Of a stretch of 64,000 nucleotides of DNA, positions 40,624 through 53,496 are shown piece after piece; the stretch's first letter is position 1, and each line of letters starts with the position of its first letter. Source of the DNA: Eledone cirrhosa (taxonomy: Eukaryota); the NCBI GenBank assembly GCA_964016885.1, contig OZ024744.1, forward strand, positions 90,334,001-90,398,000, written 5' to 3'. Position numbers and translations under genes: made by a program. The notes under the pieces are model-generated. The model saw only the letters and a program-made list of their open reading frames with translations. It was not told where the DNA came from and made no database searches.

Positions 40624-40838
40624 TATAATGGCATCCAGCTGTAGAAACCAAGCCAGAAACTGTTCTGTATGAGCAAGACACAATCACCTGACCTGACATG
40701 CCTCTAATCAGGCAACCTGCATAACACATGCTAGCACAGAAAAATGGATGTTAAATGATTTAGATGATGATGATGATGATGATGATGATGTGTGTTCTAT
40801 ATACATATATACATAATTTATTCAATTTCTACATCTAG

Positions 40839-40926
40839 GATGCAGATCCGAGCAGCCCTTAACCAGCAAACAGCAGTTCAGTTCCAACAATATGCTGAAG
40901 CGCAATATCCAAAGAATCGGCAACAG
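40839..40926 (+). CDS. ACBD3: ACBD3 coding exon 5 (Q-rich, PI4KB-binding domain)
   Basis: [29 protein letters not shown] resembles human [28 protein letters not shown]; phase 2 to 0. Confidence 0.96.
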
Positions 40927-42459
40927 GTTTGCTACCTTTATGTTTATCTTACATACATTCCTTCATTTAGTTCTCTGTTTGTGTGTGTATGTATGAATGA
41001 AAATAAATCAAAATTGATGCAGTAAAAACCTGTAAGACTAAAGGTTCTCAAAGTGGGTGCTGCCCCCCAGGAGGGGGGGGGGGATAGAGATGATATAATA
41101 GTATCCTATATATCAAATGATACATAGTATATATAAATATAGTAAAATAAAAAATATATAATATTTATTTGTACATAATATATATTATATATAAATTAAC
41201 AATTTTATTTATTATATACTACTTCAATGATCCGGGTTGCTCGGGTTACTGCTGTTCTTATTCAGATTAGTAAACAATAAATATGAATATATATTTTTTT
41301 TCTCATAATTATTTCAAAATATCTATATTTTATAAAACAAATATCAAAATTGTAATGATAATAGAATTTAAAAATGAAAATCTGTCAATCTATAAAAATT
41401 ATTCCTCTTTGTCTCTCTTTCCTTGATCAATTCTCTTTTGCTCTCTATACTTGTACTAGCTATATTATCCCCTCATCTGTTTTCTGTCTTTCTTTTTTCT
41501 TTCCTCTTTCTTCAATAATTTAAATTATTTGAACCTCTAAAAGTTATGTAAATTGCTGTTATGTACTTTTAAGCTTTCTCACACGCACCCTCTGTATTAT
41601 ATGTATTATATGTAAGTTTTTTCATGTCTCAATCTTAAGGTATATAAATATTGAGTTTTGTCATATCTTACTCACTACCATGACTGAATCTTAACCATCT
41701 ACTATGTCAGGGTATGTCATGCATCATCTTATTTTATTTGATAAGGACGTACTGTTGAAGTTAGCTCAGTACCTCTGAAATATGTATAATCAAATATACT
41801 TGATCATAAGCAAGAATGTCTATTTTTGTTAATATTTTGAATTAATATTAATAACCACACTGTAAATGTGGTTGGTGTTAGGAAGGGCATCCAGCTGTAG
41901 AAAACCCGCCAGACAGTCCTATGCGAGCAAGACAATCACTCTTGCCTCAAGTGGGAAAACCCCCGTCCAAACCCATGCAAGCGTGGAACACGGACGTTAA
42001 ACAATGATGATGATGATGATGATGAACTCCGGAAAACCATTACTGTTGAGTGCTTCCAATGTAATGTAAAACTCATTCTTTGATTTATTCATTGAACCTT
42101 GTTTAACCTTTAAATAAATATATATATATATATGAAGGCACATGGCTTAGTGATTGCAATCGAAAGGTTGTGAGTTCAATTCTCAGACTGGGTGATGTGT
42201 TGTTTCCTTGAGCAAGACACTTTATTTCACATTGCTCCAGTTTACTCAGCTGTAGAACTGAGATGATAGGGACTGGGGTCCCTATCATTCCACTGCAAAG
42301 TGGTCGTGGAGGTGCCACGGCAAAAAAGTACCCAGCACTCACTGTAAATGAGGTTGGTGTTAGGAAGGGCATCCAGCTGTAGAAATCCAGCCAGAATCAG
42401 TTCCCGTCCAACCCTTGCAAGCAGGAAAAAAGCGGACGTAAAAATGAAATGATATATAA

Positions 42460-42495
<36 letters not shown>

Positions 42496-42659
42496 ACCAC
42501 AAACTATCAATATATGCATGTATTTATGTGTGTGTGTTTGATTACCATAAACTATCAATATATGTTTTATATATATATATATGTAAATACAGAGAGAGAG
42601 AGAGACACACACACTCGTTCACACACACATGTACTCATACAGTATCTTTCTACACACAG

Positions 42660-43983
42660 CAAGAAGAGCTGATTGGCCAGCTGCAGGAACAGCATTTTCA
42701 CCAATATATGCAGCAAGTCTATCGTCAACAGTTGATGCATCAACAGCAGCAATATATCCAGTTGCAGTCCCTGAATAGGCATTCTACAGTTCCTTGTTAC
42801 GACAACGCCGGTCCTTCGTCAACGCCTACAGCTTGCTCCAGCGGTGTCAATGGTAGTAGTAGTAATAGTAGTATTAATAATAATAATAATGATGGTTTGG
42901 CAAGCAGTAGAACTCGAGGAGCTGGTAGTAAAGCAGTGTCAGTGTGCGGTAATTCTGCAACGACTGCTAACCAGTTTGCTCACACTAACCACATCAACAG
43001 CAATAGTAATATTAGTAACAGTTGTGGTGTAAATAGTCATGATAGGAATCATAACAAAGCTGAGCTAGCTGGTGGTGGTGGTGGTGGTGGTGGTGGTGGT
43101 GGTGCAGTAAGTAGTAGTAATAATAATAGCATTAATGATAATCACTGGGCTGGTGGTGGTGGTGGTGGTGATGGTGGTAGTGGAATTAATCATAATATTA
43201 TGCAAAGTGGGGCTTGCCCAACGGCAGCCGAAGCCGGAAGTTGTGGTGTTGGATTGACAGGCATGAGTGCACCTACAATGGGAACAGTGCCACCAACTGC
43301 GATGACAGCTGCAGCTGAGGCTAATGTTAGTTCTGCTGCCGTTGCTGACCACACACAACAGGGCCCACCATTAGCATACACTTACAATGAAGGCCTCGAC
43401 GACAAAGCTAACTTCAACTGTAATAATATGTACGTAACAAAGACAAACAACAGCACCGCTATTACTACTACTACTACTACTACTACTACAGCAGCAGCAG
43501 CAAGTTCAACTAGTAATGCAGTGCACACTGAACAACAGGCTGAAAGGGCTGTAGTCCTGCATGCTAACAGTTTGTTTGGCGTCCCAGTTTCTGTAAGCCA
43601 TGACCAAGGCAGTAACATCTCCGCTGCTGCTGCCGTGCCTGGCAGCGTACCAGCTTTATCATTATTATCATCATCATCATCAGCGGCAGCAAACAGTACA
43701 CTACAGCCACACCAACACCAACACCAACAGCAACAGCAGCAGCCTATATTACTCTCACAAATCCCGCAACCGCCACACCCTGGCTTCTCACAGGAAAACG
43801 ATGGGATATACAACAACAACAACAACAGCTACTCAGCAAACAACAACAACAGCAGCACAGCAACACCACCCTCTCGTAATCCAGTGGTAACTGAGGAAGT
43901 TGGTGGTGGTGGTGGTGGTGGGGGGGAAGAGGAGGCTGTTGTCCATGGGAACCCAGATACTGTCGATGGCTATGGCGATATGG
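42660..43983 (+). CDS. ACBD3: ACBD3 coding exon 6 (end of Q domain plus long low-complexity linker)
   Basis: QEELIGQLQEQHFHQYMQQVY resembles [21 protein letters not shown]; frame open for 1324 nt to G|GTAGGT, and phase 1 matches the next exon. The 3' boundary is less certain. Confidence 0.8.
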
Positions 43984-44014
43984 GTAGGTCTCTTTCTCTC
44001 TTTATATACATGTG

Positions 44015-44085
<71 letters not shown>

Positions 44086-44563
44086 AAAGTATACCTAACA
44101 TGCATGGAATAAATAACCCTCAACTGATTGTAGAGCCAAAATAATATTACTAGATGCGAGTGATGTTGTCTTCTCCCCCTCTCTCTATCTATGTGCATTT
44201 CTTTCACTTGGCGCTCCTCTTTTCTCTATAAAGATAAGAGTGACATCATAACTTTCTGTCACTCTGGAAATACACAGGGGTTCCCTTTTCTCTCACTTGA
44301 CACTCCACTCCCCCCCTTTTATATAAAGTGAGCATGACATGGAGAGAGAGAGACGGACAGATAGACCACTCTTTTGTAATAGTAGTGACTGTTTATTTTA
44401 AAGTTTGGCTAATACTGACTTACCAAAACGTTAAGACTCCTCCTGCTATTTCAAGTGTTAAACTAATATATTCCTTCCGTGTACTGTGCTATTTGTTTTG
44501 TTATTTCTGTTTACCTTTTACACACATATTATATATATATATATATATATATATTTACTTTAG

Positions 44564-44685
44564 GTGAACTACCCCCACTTGCTGCAGCTTCTCTTTGGAC
44601 CAGAGGTGAGATGAAAGAGTTCAAAGCTGGCCTTAGTCAGGAGAAGGATTGCGTCATCAGGGTTGGCTCAGGCGAGACTGTCACG
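44564..44685 (+). CDS. ACBD3: ACBD3 coding exon 7 (unique region / start of GOLD)
   Basis: ELPPLAAASLWTRGEMKEFKAGLSQEKDCVIRVGSGETVT resembles human [48 protein letters not shown] donor. Confidence 0.96.
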
Positions 44686-44926
44686 GTAAGTGTTTAAAAT
44701 TTGTTTGTATTTATCATCATCATCATATGTCTGCTTATCCATGGTGGCCTTTTCTAGAGTAGAGGTTTTTAAAGAGGGTGTTAAGAAGGTCCAGAGGGCA
44801 CTAGGACCTAAGGGGGTTGGGGTGGTTAGAGATGATACAATAGTATATCAAATGATATATTGTATATATAGTAAAATTAAAAAATATACAATATTTATTT
44901 ATACATAGTATATATTATATTATTTA

Positions 44927-45458
44927 TCTATATATCTAAAACAGAATGTCTGTCTGACTCCCTAAAACTCGAGAACCACCCAACCTATTTTTTTCAAACT
45001 TTACACATGTAATACTTATGGTCGTGTGAGTGTTTTGAGCAAAAAATATTTCAAATTTTCAATACCCTAGGCACCGCATTAGGCGCCAGTTAGCGATCTC
45101 TCTCTTTCTTAGTCTGTCTTTTTAGATAGATACATAGCTATAACGTCGTGCCCCAGTTGGCTTAGCAATTATATAGTCAACGGTTCGGAAATCACATGCA
45201 TCACTGATGAGTTTACTCCTTACTCTACCAGTAGTCTTAGTGTACTTTGTCCTGCTTTTAGGTCATGCCTCGCAGGAAGAGATACTCCATTGGCCGAAAT
45301 ACTGCGAAAGCGGCAAGAAAAAGAACAAGGCGCGCAAATGAATTGTCAGTGGAATTTGCTATTCGATGGTCGCAAGGCCGAGGTAGTCCGTATTTCTCTG
45401 AACTGTTTCAGAAAGGAGGGATAAACATGCCAATCTATCTTTAGAATCTCGAGCAACG
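44927..45458 (+). mobile_element. Non-autonomous Helitron, 3' end truncated (related copy ~63870-64000 -)
   Basis: A|TCTATATATCTAAAACAGAATGTCTGTCTG 5' end; stops inside the hairpin CGAGCAACG. Confidence 0.7.
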
Positions 45459-45472
45459 ATTTTATTTATATT

Positions 45473-46775
45473 CTAGCAGTTTAGCCCGGCGTTGCTCGGG
45501 TTTGTTCATTTGCTATGAAAAGTTACATACAGGTAAACGTGGCTTGAAAGCAAATAAGCTTATCAATTAGGTGCATAAAGCAGTTGTTAAAGCAGTTATT
45601 AAAAGTTACGAACCAATTAGCATTTTGGACAATCAATGATGGGTTAATAATCTTCCAATAGCGAATTTAGCAGACCAAAGTTGCAAGATAGTGGCCCTGA
45701 TACCGCTGGGTGACCCTACCAGGAAATAGTTTTCCAGACGGCATAGCTCCAACACCTCCAACACCTGCACCAACATATATAGCACCTCTTTGTAGACGAT
45801 ATTGCGTGTCATCCCTTGAGGAGTGTAAGCAAAAAGTCCATTCCTGCTCCCTATGCGGGAACAGGCAACATAAAGTTGGCCATGGGAGAAGCATGGTACC
45901 CCCAAATGGATGCCCGCCCCGATAATGTTTGCCCTTGTGACTTGTTATTGGACATGGCAAAACATGGTCTTACTGGGAATTGGGATCGCCGGAAATCGAA
46001 CGGGATATCTGACGTGAAGGGAAAAGGTTCTTCCTTGGCAGGGTATTCGGCAGAATTGCCAGAAGTACAACACTATGGGTGTTGTCATATTAATATTTAA
46101 CCAGTGAAAGTCGTAAAAAATAAATAATTTAAACATTCCAATACATATGTCTATAGCAATAATCTGTTATATGAAGTGTTATTTTGCGGGTTGTTATTTG
46201 CAATAAGCCGATTTAAAATACCCCAGAAAAGCCATATGTCAATACGGAACTCCAATGACTCCCCCAGCAGTTAAATTATAGAGAGGGGGAATAATCTATT
46301 ATAGAAAGAGGGAAGAGCGATGGAGAGAGTAAAGCTAAGAAACTATAGAGAGGTGTGTAAAACAGTGTTGTCATATAGAGAGTGAAGAGCGACAGAGAGA
46401 GTAAAGCAGTTAAATTATAGAGAGGGGGAATGATCTATTATAGAGAGAGGGAAGAGCGACGGAGAGAGCGTTATGACTATGTTTGTTGTATAAAATGACG
46501 TGTTGCTTAGTTTTCAAAGTTTGTCGCGTTCCTGAATGAAGATGTGTCACTGTTGGGTAGTAGAGAGTGAATAAGCATGTAAGAGAGAGGGTTACAGCAT
46601 GTATTTAGTTTTATCGATTTTTTTCATAGAAGCAGGACATTTTTGGCAAAGTTTATTACGCGTTTGGAGCACATTGGAAAAAAAAAATCATCAAAATCGG
46701 TAGAGAAATGTGGAAAGGCATAAAAATCATACACACACACACAGACAGACATCTTTCGTTTTATATATATAGAGA
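45473..46775 (-). mobile_element. Helitron with PIF1-helicase C-terminal fragment
   Basis: 5' TCTCTATATATATAAAAC; 3' CCCGAGCAACGCCGGG hairpin plus CTAG; peptide QFPVRPCFAMSNNKSQGQTL...PCFSHGQLYVACSRIG...TRNIVYKEVL at ~45780-46000; ~138-bp internal duplication at 46268/46406. Confidence 0.92.
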
Positions 46776-48363
46776 TTATTTACAATTGGTGTGTAGGCAG
46801 GTCTCTGGAAATAGGGTTGGGGGCGCTGAGGGTATTATGTGGCTGTGAGGCGGGTGGTGGCTTAAAAAGTTTGAAAACCTGTCCTTGAGGACCACTACAG
46901 ACCAAATCAGCACTCAGAATCACTGATCTTTGACTTGCTGAGGGCTATGTCTTGCTTACACACACACACGTGTATGTGTGTGTGTTGGCATGAGGAAGGC
47001 CATCCAGCGTTAGAAATCTCTGGAAACAAATGGTCAAATGGACCATTCAGTTGTGTCAAGGATTCAACAAATTCCCCCTAATGCTAGTGACCTGATAAAA
47101 TGCACCCACTATATTGTGTAATGTGTAGGAACATATGCAAGCGGGATGCTGTCTTATGTGAAAAGACTAGAAATTTTTATTCAGGTACGTATATACTGTT
47201 CAGAATTTGTACAGTGTACCTCTGTGTTGTAAGAGGGAACTGAAAGGGTTAGGGTCAGAAAGGCTTCTCAGCAGTAAAACATTACCTCAAAAAGGGTCCT
47301 AGCCTTTTTGAGAGGTCAGTATTTTTGATTAAGTTCTGACTTGGTCTGTGACAACCAGTTCACACCTTGCTAGCAGGGAAAGCATGCTTTAAATGATGGT
47401 GATGCTCTACTCTGTCAAGTGCTTGACAATCAATCAAGGACAATGTAGGGTCAAAGGACCCTTTACTCCAGCTTTGCATGTTCTATAATAAGATGAATGA
47501 ACTTCTCAGGGAAACAGAATTTCTATTTGATTTATTATTCATTTGTTGTTGGTCAGATGCTATGATTTAGGGTACATTGTTGGAGCATGCTGTGTAATAT
47601 TACAAGGCTGTTTATAGTTTGAGGTGTAGGAGTCAATTGGTCAAGTGATTTATCATTTGTACGATGTGAGGGAGGAACTTGTGTGAGGACTGGTAATTAG
47701 GGATATATTGAATTAACTTTGAACAAGTGTATGTTTATATATTGCCATCATAACCACCTCCGGCCCACTGTAAAGTGGTCGTTTAGGTGTCATGACAAAA
47801 AATGCCCAATACTCACTGTAAATGAGGTTGGCGTTAGGAAAGGAATCCTGCTGTAGAAACCAAGCCAAAATCAGTTCTATATGTGCAAGACATGGTCACC
47901 TGACTTGACATTGCTCACAACAGGATAACTCATCTAACCCATGCTAGCATGGAAAAATGGACGTTAAACAGTGATGATGATATTGGAAAGGAGAAATGGA
48001 TCTTTGCTGGATTCGATGATGAATTTTCTAGCTGTTTGATCAGCCTGTGAAATTAATGTGTAAATAGATGAGCAGTCCACAGACATGTGTATCTTTGATG
48101 TAATTCTGAGAGATTCAACATGACACAGTGTGACAAAGCTGGCCCTTTGAATGAGAAGTACAATCCATCCGACATGATTCCAAACACTTTCCCCTCTACC
48201 AAATTTCACTGACATGGCTTAGGTTGACCAAAGACTATGGTGGATGGCTCTTGCCGAAGATGTCCTGCAGTGATATCGGACCCAGGATCTCAAGACTGCT
48301 GCAGAAGCAAACTTCTTAACCATTCACCCATGATTATATATGTGTTTATTTTCTATATTGTAG

Positions 48364-48550
48364 GTGAGAGTACCGACCCACCAGGATGGCAGCTGCCTGT
48401 TCTGGGAGTTTGCTACGGACAGCTATGACATTGGCTTCGGAGTCTACTTTGAGTGGACCATCTCTCACTCGAATGCTGTCAGCATACATGTTAGTGATTC
48501 AAGCGATCCTGAGGATGATGATGATGAGGAGGATGACCTGGATGATGGAG
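48364..48550 (+). CDS. ACBD3: ACBD3 coding exon 8 (GOLD domain)
   Basis: [32 protein letters not shown]...[18 protein letters not shown] resembles human [32 protein letters not shown]; phase 0 to 1. Confidence 0.97.
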
Positions 48551-48699
48551 GTAAGATATAGTTTAGTTACTGTTAATCTTGTGTAGTATGGGGTGTGGTG
48601 TGGTGATCATTCAGTATTTGTAGTGTCGTGGTGTGGTGTCTGGAGTTGTTGAGTTTATGTGAAATTGAGAAGTGAGATGTTTTTGTGTTCTTATGTACA

Positions 48700-48735
<36 letters not shown>

Positions 48736-50312
48736 CTTTGCTTAACTCTAGTGGTGTTGTGAAAAGTGATCTTGTGTTCGTCATTGTGTGTGGTTTGGTG
48801 AAGTGCAGAATGTTGTGTGGTGTGTGTGTGTGTCCGTGTCTGTATTATGAGTGGAAGGTTTATGTACCTCTTGTGTGTGTGTCTTCGAGTGTGAGTGAGG
48901 GTAACTTGTGAAGATATATGTGACTGCCACACTCGGCATATGGAGTGATAGAATGTCGACTGGTTTCATCTGGATAGCTTGTTAGGCATATTTGTACTTG
49001 GAAAAGTGTGTGTGTGTGTGTTTTCTGTTTGCTTTCGTTCATCTAAAAGTTGCACCTGTGCTAACGCAATGGCAGTTTCCTTTCATCCTGGGTTCAACTC
49101 CCAGTTTTTCTTTGTAGAACAAACTTAACTGTTTTTGTTTTATTATTTTAAAAAATATATCCCCGACATATACAATTTTCCTTAAACCTCTATTTATTCC
49201 ATCTATAAACATTTTCTATATGTATTTCAAACTTCCAAATAATCCCCCCTCCTTTCACTGTAACTTTCCTCAATATTTTTTCTTTTTCCTCCTCTTTCTT
49301 TATATCCCCCCCCCCCCACCACCATCACATTTATTTTCTTTTGTCTCTCATCTTTCTCTTTTTCTTAATTTCCACTTCCTCAGCCTCTCTAGTTTCATCT
49401 ATTTCTATGTTTGTTTTATGTTTTCTTTTGCCTTATTTCTAATAATTGTTTCTACTTTTTGGCACAAGGCCAGCAATTACCCAGTGCATTACTGGTACTT
49501 TATTTTATCGACCCCGTAAGGATGAAAGGCAAAGTTAACCTTGGCGGGATTTGAACTCAGAATGGCAAGGGCCGTAACTCTATGCGTCAAAGCATGGCGT
49601 CCGACTCTCTACCGATACTGCCAATCCACCGCCTTATTTCTAATAATGATACATAATAGATTCATAGAATCAGTTATTTAAATTTCGTCTGAATAGTTGG
49701 GTTGGCCAAATTGTAAGGAAAAATCAAGTCAAATACACCTATTTTTTTTATATTGAATTCTTCATTTTTGAATTTTTTGATATTATGTTATATATCAGTT
49801 ATAAAATATTTACTCGTTGTAACCCAACAATCTTAAATAAAACTTTTGCATATATATGTGTGTATATATATATATACTTATAATATATATATATTTACAT
49901 GTATATATGTGTATATATATATGTGTGTATATGTGTGTATATGTGTATATATGTATATATATATATATATATATGAAGGCGTGTGGCTGAGTGGTTAGAG
50001 AATTGGATTCGCAATCGTAAGGTTGTGAGTTTGATTCCTGGACCAGGCGATGCGTTATGTCCTTGAGCAAGACACTTTATTTCACGTTGCTCCTTCTACC
50101 TGGAGTTGCGACCGATAGATAGTATTAGCAATTGGAAAGACCAACGGAAACATTGTTCCCTCGGTCCGATTTGACGAAAGTCGATCGTTTCAAAAATATA
50201 TATATGTGTGTGTGTGTGTAAGTAAAAGGTAAACAGAAATAATGAAAATAACAAAACAAAATGGCACAGTACATGGAAGGAATATATTAACACATTCATC
50301 TTTCTCTTTCAG

Positions 50313-50608
50313 ATGCCAAATCACCAAACTCTGATCCAGAGAAAGGCCACCCTTCTGCTACAAACATTGCCTCCTCTAGCAGCACTCAATCAGCATCAAC
50401 GCCTACAACGGGTTCAGGTAGTGGTAGCAACCAGCATCGTCCGCCCACTGATGAGATAATTCCTGTTTACAGGCGAGACTCCCACCAGGAGGTTTACTGT
50501 GGAAACCATGCATATCCCGGACGGGGTGTCTATTTGTTGAAGTTTGACAATTCCTATTCGCTGTGGCGTTCAAAAACACTTTACTATAGGGTGTATTATA
50601 CGGGTTGA
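50313..50608 (+). CDS. ACBD3: ACBD3 coding exon 9 (GOLD C-terminus, stop TGA 50606-50608)
   Basis: [52 protein letters not shown] closely matches the ACBD3 C-terminus. Confidence 0.97.
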
Positions 50609-51208
50609 ATGAGTGGTTGGGTGAAGTGTGGGTGTTCAAGTTTGATAATTCCTATTCTCTGTGGCATTTTTAAGTCGCTCTACAGGGTGGGTGTACTATG
50701 TGCTGAGTATGTATGTATGTGTCTGTCTGTCTGTGTGTGTGGTGTTGAGTTTGTCAGTGTACTATATAAGTTGTGTCTGTTGTTGGAGTGATTGGTATGG
50801 CAAAGTATGTCAGTTGCATACAGATGATGTGGGTGTCGATATTTTGGTAAAAGGAAAAATATGTGTAGCTGTTGTGTTAGGTCACAATTTAATATAGGAT
50901 TGTACTATATACTGTTTTGAGTGTCTTCTTGAGTGAAATTGATATGAATTGTGAATTGAATTGAAGTTCAACACTTCCTACTTGCTGTGACATGCAAAGT
51001 CATGCTCCTACAGGGTGTACAGTATGTGTTGAGTGAATGTTGGGGGCTGTAGATTGATCATTCCTATATGCTATAGGATAGGTGTACCATATTAGTTAAG
51101 TAGAGGGTTATCTACAGGTGTTATATGTTTACCGAGGGCTTGTTGCTGTTTGAGGGATTGTTATTGCTCTAAGGTTTATTTTTTAGGGGCTGTCTTAAGA
51201 ATTTATTT

Positions 51209-51289
<81 letters not shown>

Positions 51290-51309
51290 GTGTGTGTGTA
51301 TATCACAAC

Positions 51310-52975
51310 ACCATTTTATGTCTGCTTTTCTGTACTTGCATAGGTTGAACACATCACATGAACATACCAGTGCAGTCTTCTCTCTTGCACACTACATCTT
51401 ATACCCAGTTTTTCTCTTAGCACATCTATGCTTTGGCTTTCGTGCATATTAACATTGCACATCCATCAAAGCATGTTTGCTTCATTTCTCTCCTGCCTTC
51501 ATATATCCTCTGCATTCAGTGCCCATGTCCCACTACCATGCAACATTGCACATCACACACAGTTGTCAAACAGCTGACCTTTCATTGGCAAATAGAAAAC
51601 TTTTGTTGTCAACAGAGGTAGCAGTTCCCTTAACTTTTTCCATCCTTTCTTTATTCTAGCTACTATGCTTTTGGAGTACCCTCTTTCACTCTTAATTAGG
51701 TTACCTAAGTAGCAGAAGCTATCAACCAGTTCTATAGATCCTTCCTGGGATTGGAAATGATTTATTTTGTTAATGCTCTTACTACCAACATCTGGCTGAT
51801 TTTCAGTCAGCCGTATTTTGTCAGATATTTTCAGTATCTCAGCAACTGTCCTTGTTGGGCTGACATCTTTCTCTGCTTTCGTATCCTTAATGGCCATAAA
51901 CTGTTTACCACAATAGCTTGTCCCTCTGTTGAGTCCACTCAGAGCAGTCCAGTTTTCTCCCACTTTTTATAAAATTTTTCAAGTTTCTTTCTTTACATGT
52001 AAATAAGTATGCCACTGTCGTTTGGAATACACTTTCCTTCCAACATCTTGATTGTACCTGACACATTGCTGTACAATCTGGAAAACCTCATATCTCTAAT
52101 TTTTTCAACACAGAACATTGGCAAAACTCCTACTTTCAGCTTCTCCCATAGCTATGTAAACCTGACATCTAGCTTCTCTTCTAGCTACTTGAAATTTCAC
52201 TCTTTCTGAGCCTGTCTTTTAATTTTCATAGCTCTTTCTACAGTATTATTCCATCATCATGTGACCTACTTACTATCTGGCTGGTACCTTGCTCTTGCCA
52301 CATATCTCATCTATGGTTTGAACAGGTTGCCCCCTACAAACTCCCAGTTGTTGCCATGTGTTACAGCTTTTTATCTCTTCCTTTTTGTCATATGCATCAC
52401 CTAAAACCTCCCTGAACTTATGTTTAGCAGAGTGTTCTTTTAATTACCATACTTTACTTCTCCATGTTGTCTTATTCCCCTGTATCTGTTTAGCTCTTAC
52501 TCTGATTTTACCAACCACTAGTCTATGTTGGGTGGTACATACATCACCATCTGTCTATCCTGTTTCTGACTTGCATGTTCACCTTATTTATAGGTGATAA
52601 AGTGGTTGGCTGGTTTCCTTAAGTTAGTGTTGCAGGTGGATCATTTGCATCACAAAACCTCAGAAGTCTTGATCCCTCTTCACTTCTTGTACTGTAACTA
52701 TACTATAGCTACCTTGTAGCCATCATGGTGTTGCTCCACGTGTCACTGTTATTTGTTATCGGGGTAGTCTGCAAAAATATCTCATCATAATGGTCCTTTT
52801 GTTTATCAGACAGTTTTGATTGTAATGTGTAAGCAGAGACATGTTATTGTAGACTTGCATCTGGCTAAGCTAACCTTAATTATTTTGTCACTCACTCTAT
52901 CTCACTCCATTTCCTTTACTTTATCTGTCCATCTCTGATAAATGCATGGCCATTCCACCAGTCCACCTGCTTCTT
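51310..52975 (-). mobile_element. Decayed RTE-clade LINE with APE endonuclease remnants
   Basis: IELVDSFCYLGN..IVARIKKGWKKLRELLPLL..KGQLFDNCV (51553-51963); endonuclease-like remnants (TQHRLVV, SAYTLQS) at 52.5-52.95 kb. Confidence 0.8.
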
Positions 52976-53266
52976 CAGTATATATATATAAATTGCAGAC
53001 TGAATGAGTTGGTGTTAAAGTATCTGTATGCCACTGTTGTAACTGATTATAAATATATATATATATATCATCATCGTTTAACGTCCATCTTCCACGCTAG
53101 CATGGGTTAGACGGGTTTGTCCCATTTAGAGGCAAGTTGGGTCGGCTGACCGTGTCTCGCTCATATAGGACTGTTTCTGGTGTCTTTTACACGACCACTT
53201 TACAGTGTGGGCTGGGTGCTTATATATATACATATATATAATCATCATAGGTCTGCTATGTATATA

Positions 53267-53300
<34 letters not shown>

Positions 53301-53388
53301 CTCTATAACGAAGGAGTTATGGTAAGGAACCAGATGGACCATAATGCCCCAGAGGTCTCAATACTTAGGGTAGAAGAGTGGGTAATAG

Positions 53389-53496
53389 GAGAAAGTATGA
53401 CCCCGACGGCAGAGCTCAAGCCGTTTTGACGGCTGTTTCAGTCCAGAAATAGCCGTCGAAACGGCTTGAGCTCTGCCGTCGGGGTCATACTTTCTC
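53389..53496. repeat. 108-bp palindrome abutting (TA)n
   Basis: GAGAAAGTATGACCCCGACGGCAGAGCTCAAGCCGTTTTGACGGCTGTTTC-AGTCCA-inverse arm; 2 mismatches. Confidence 0.95.

Larger units (their letters stand above)
44760..46882 (+). mobile_element. hAT-like MITE interrupted by two Helitrons (related copies ~41040-41215 and 59468-60215 -)
   Basis: Ends AGAGGTTTTTAAAG...AAAGTTTGAAAACCT; shared blocks TAGAGATGATA.AATAGTAT and GGCGCTGAGGGTATTATGTGGCTGTGAGG. Confidence 0.65.

Noticed and set aside
43065-43890. Antisense and alternate-frame ORFs over the large ACBD3 exon
   Set aside because: Shadows of trinucleotide-repeat codons.
45633-45960. Host PIF1 helicase gene
   Set aside because: A short frameshifted fragment inside Helitron termini.
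53389-53496. Pre-miRNA
   Set aside because: The stem is too perfect and tied to a repeat-family leader and (TA)n; cannot be supported without small-RNA data.
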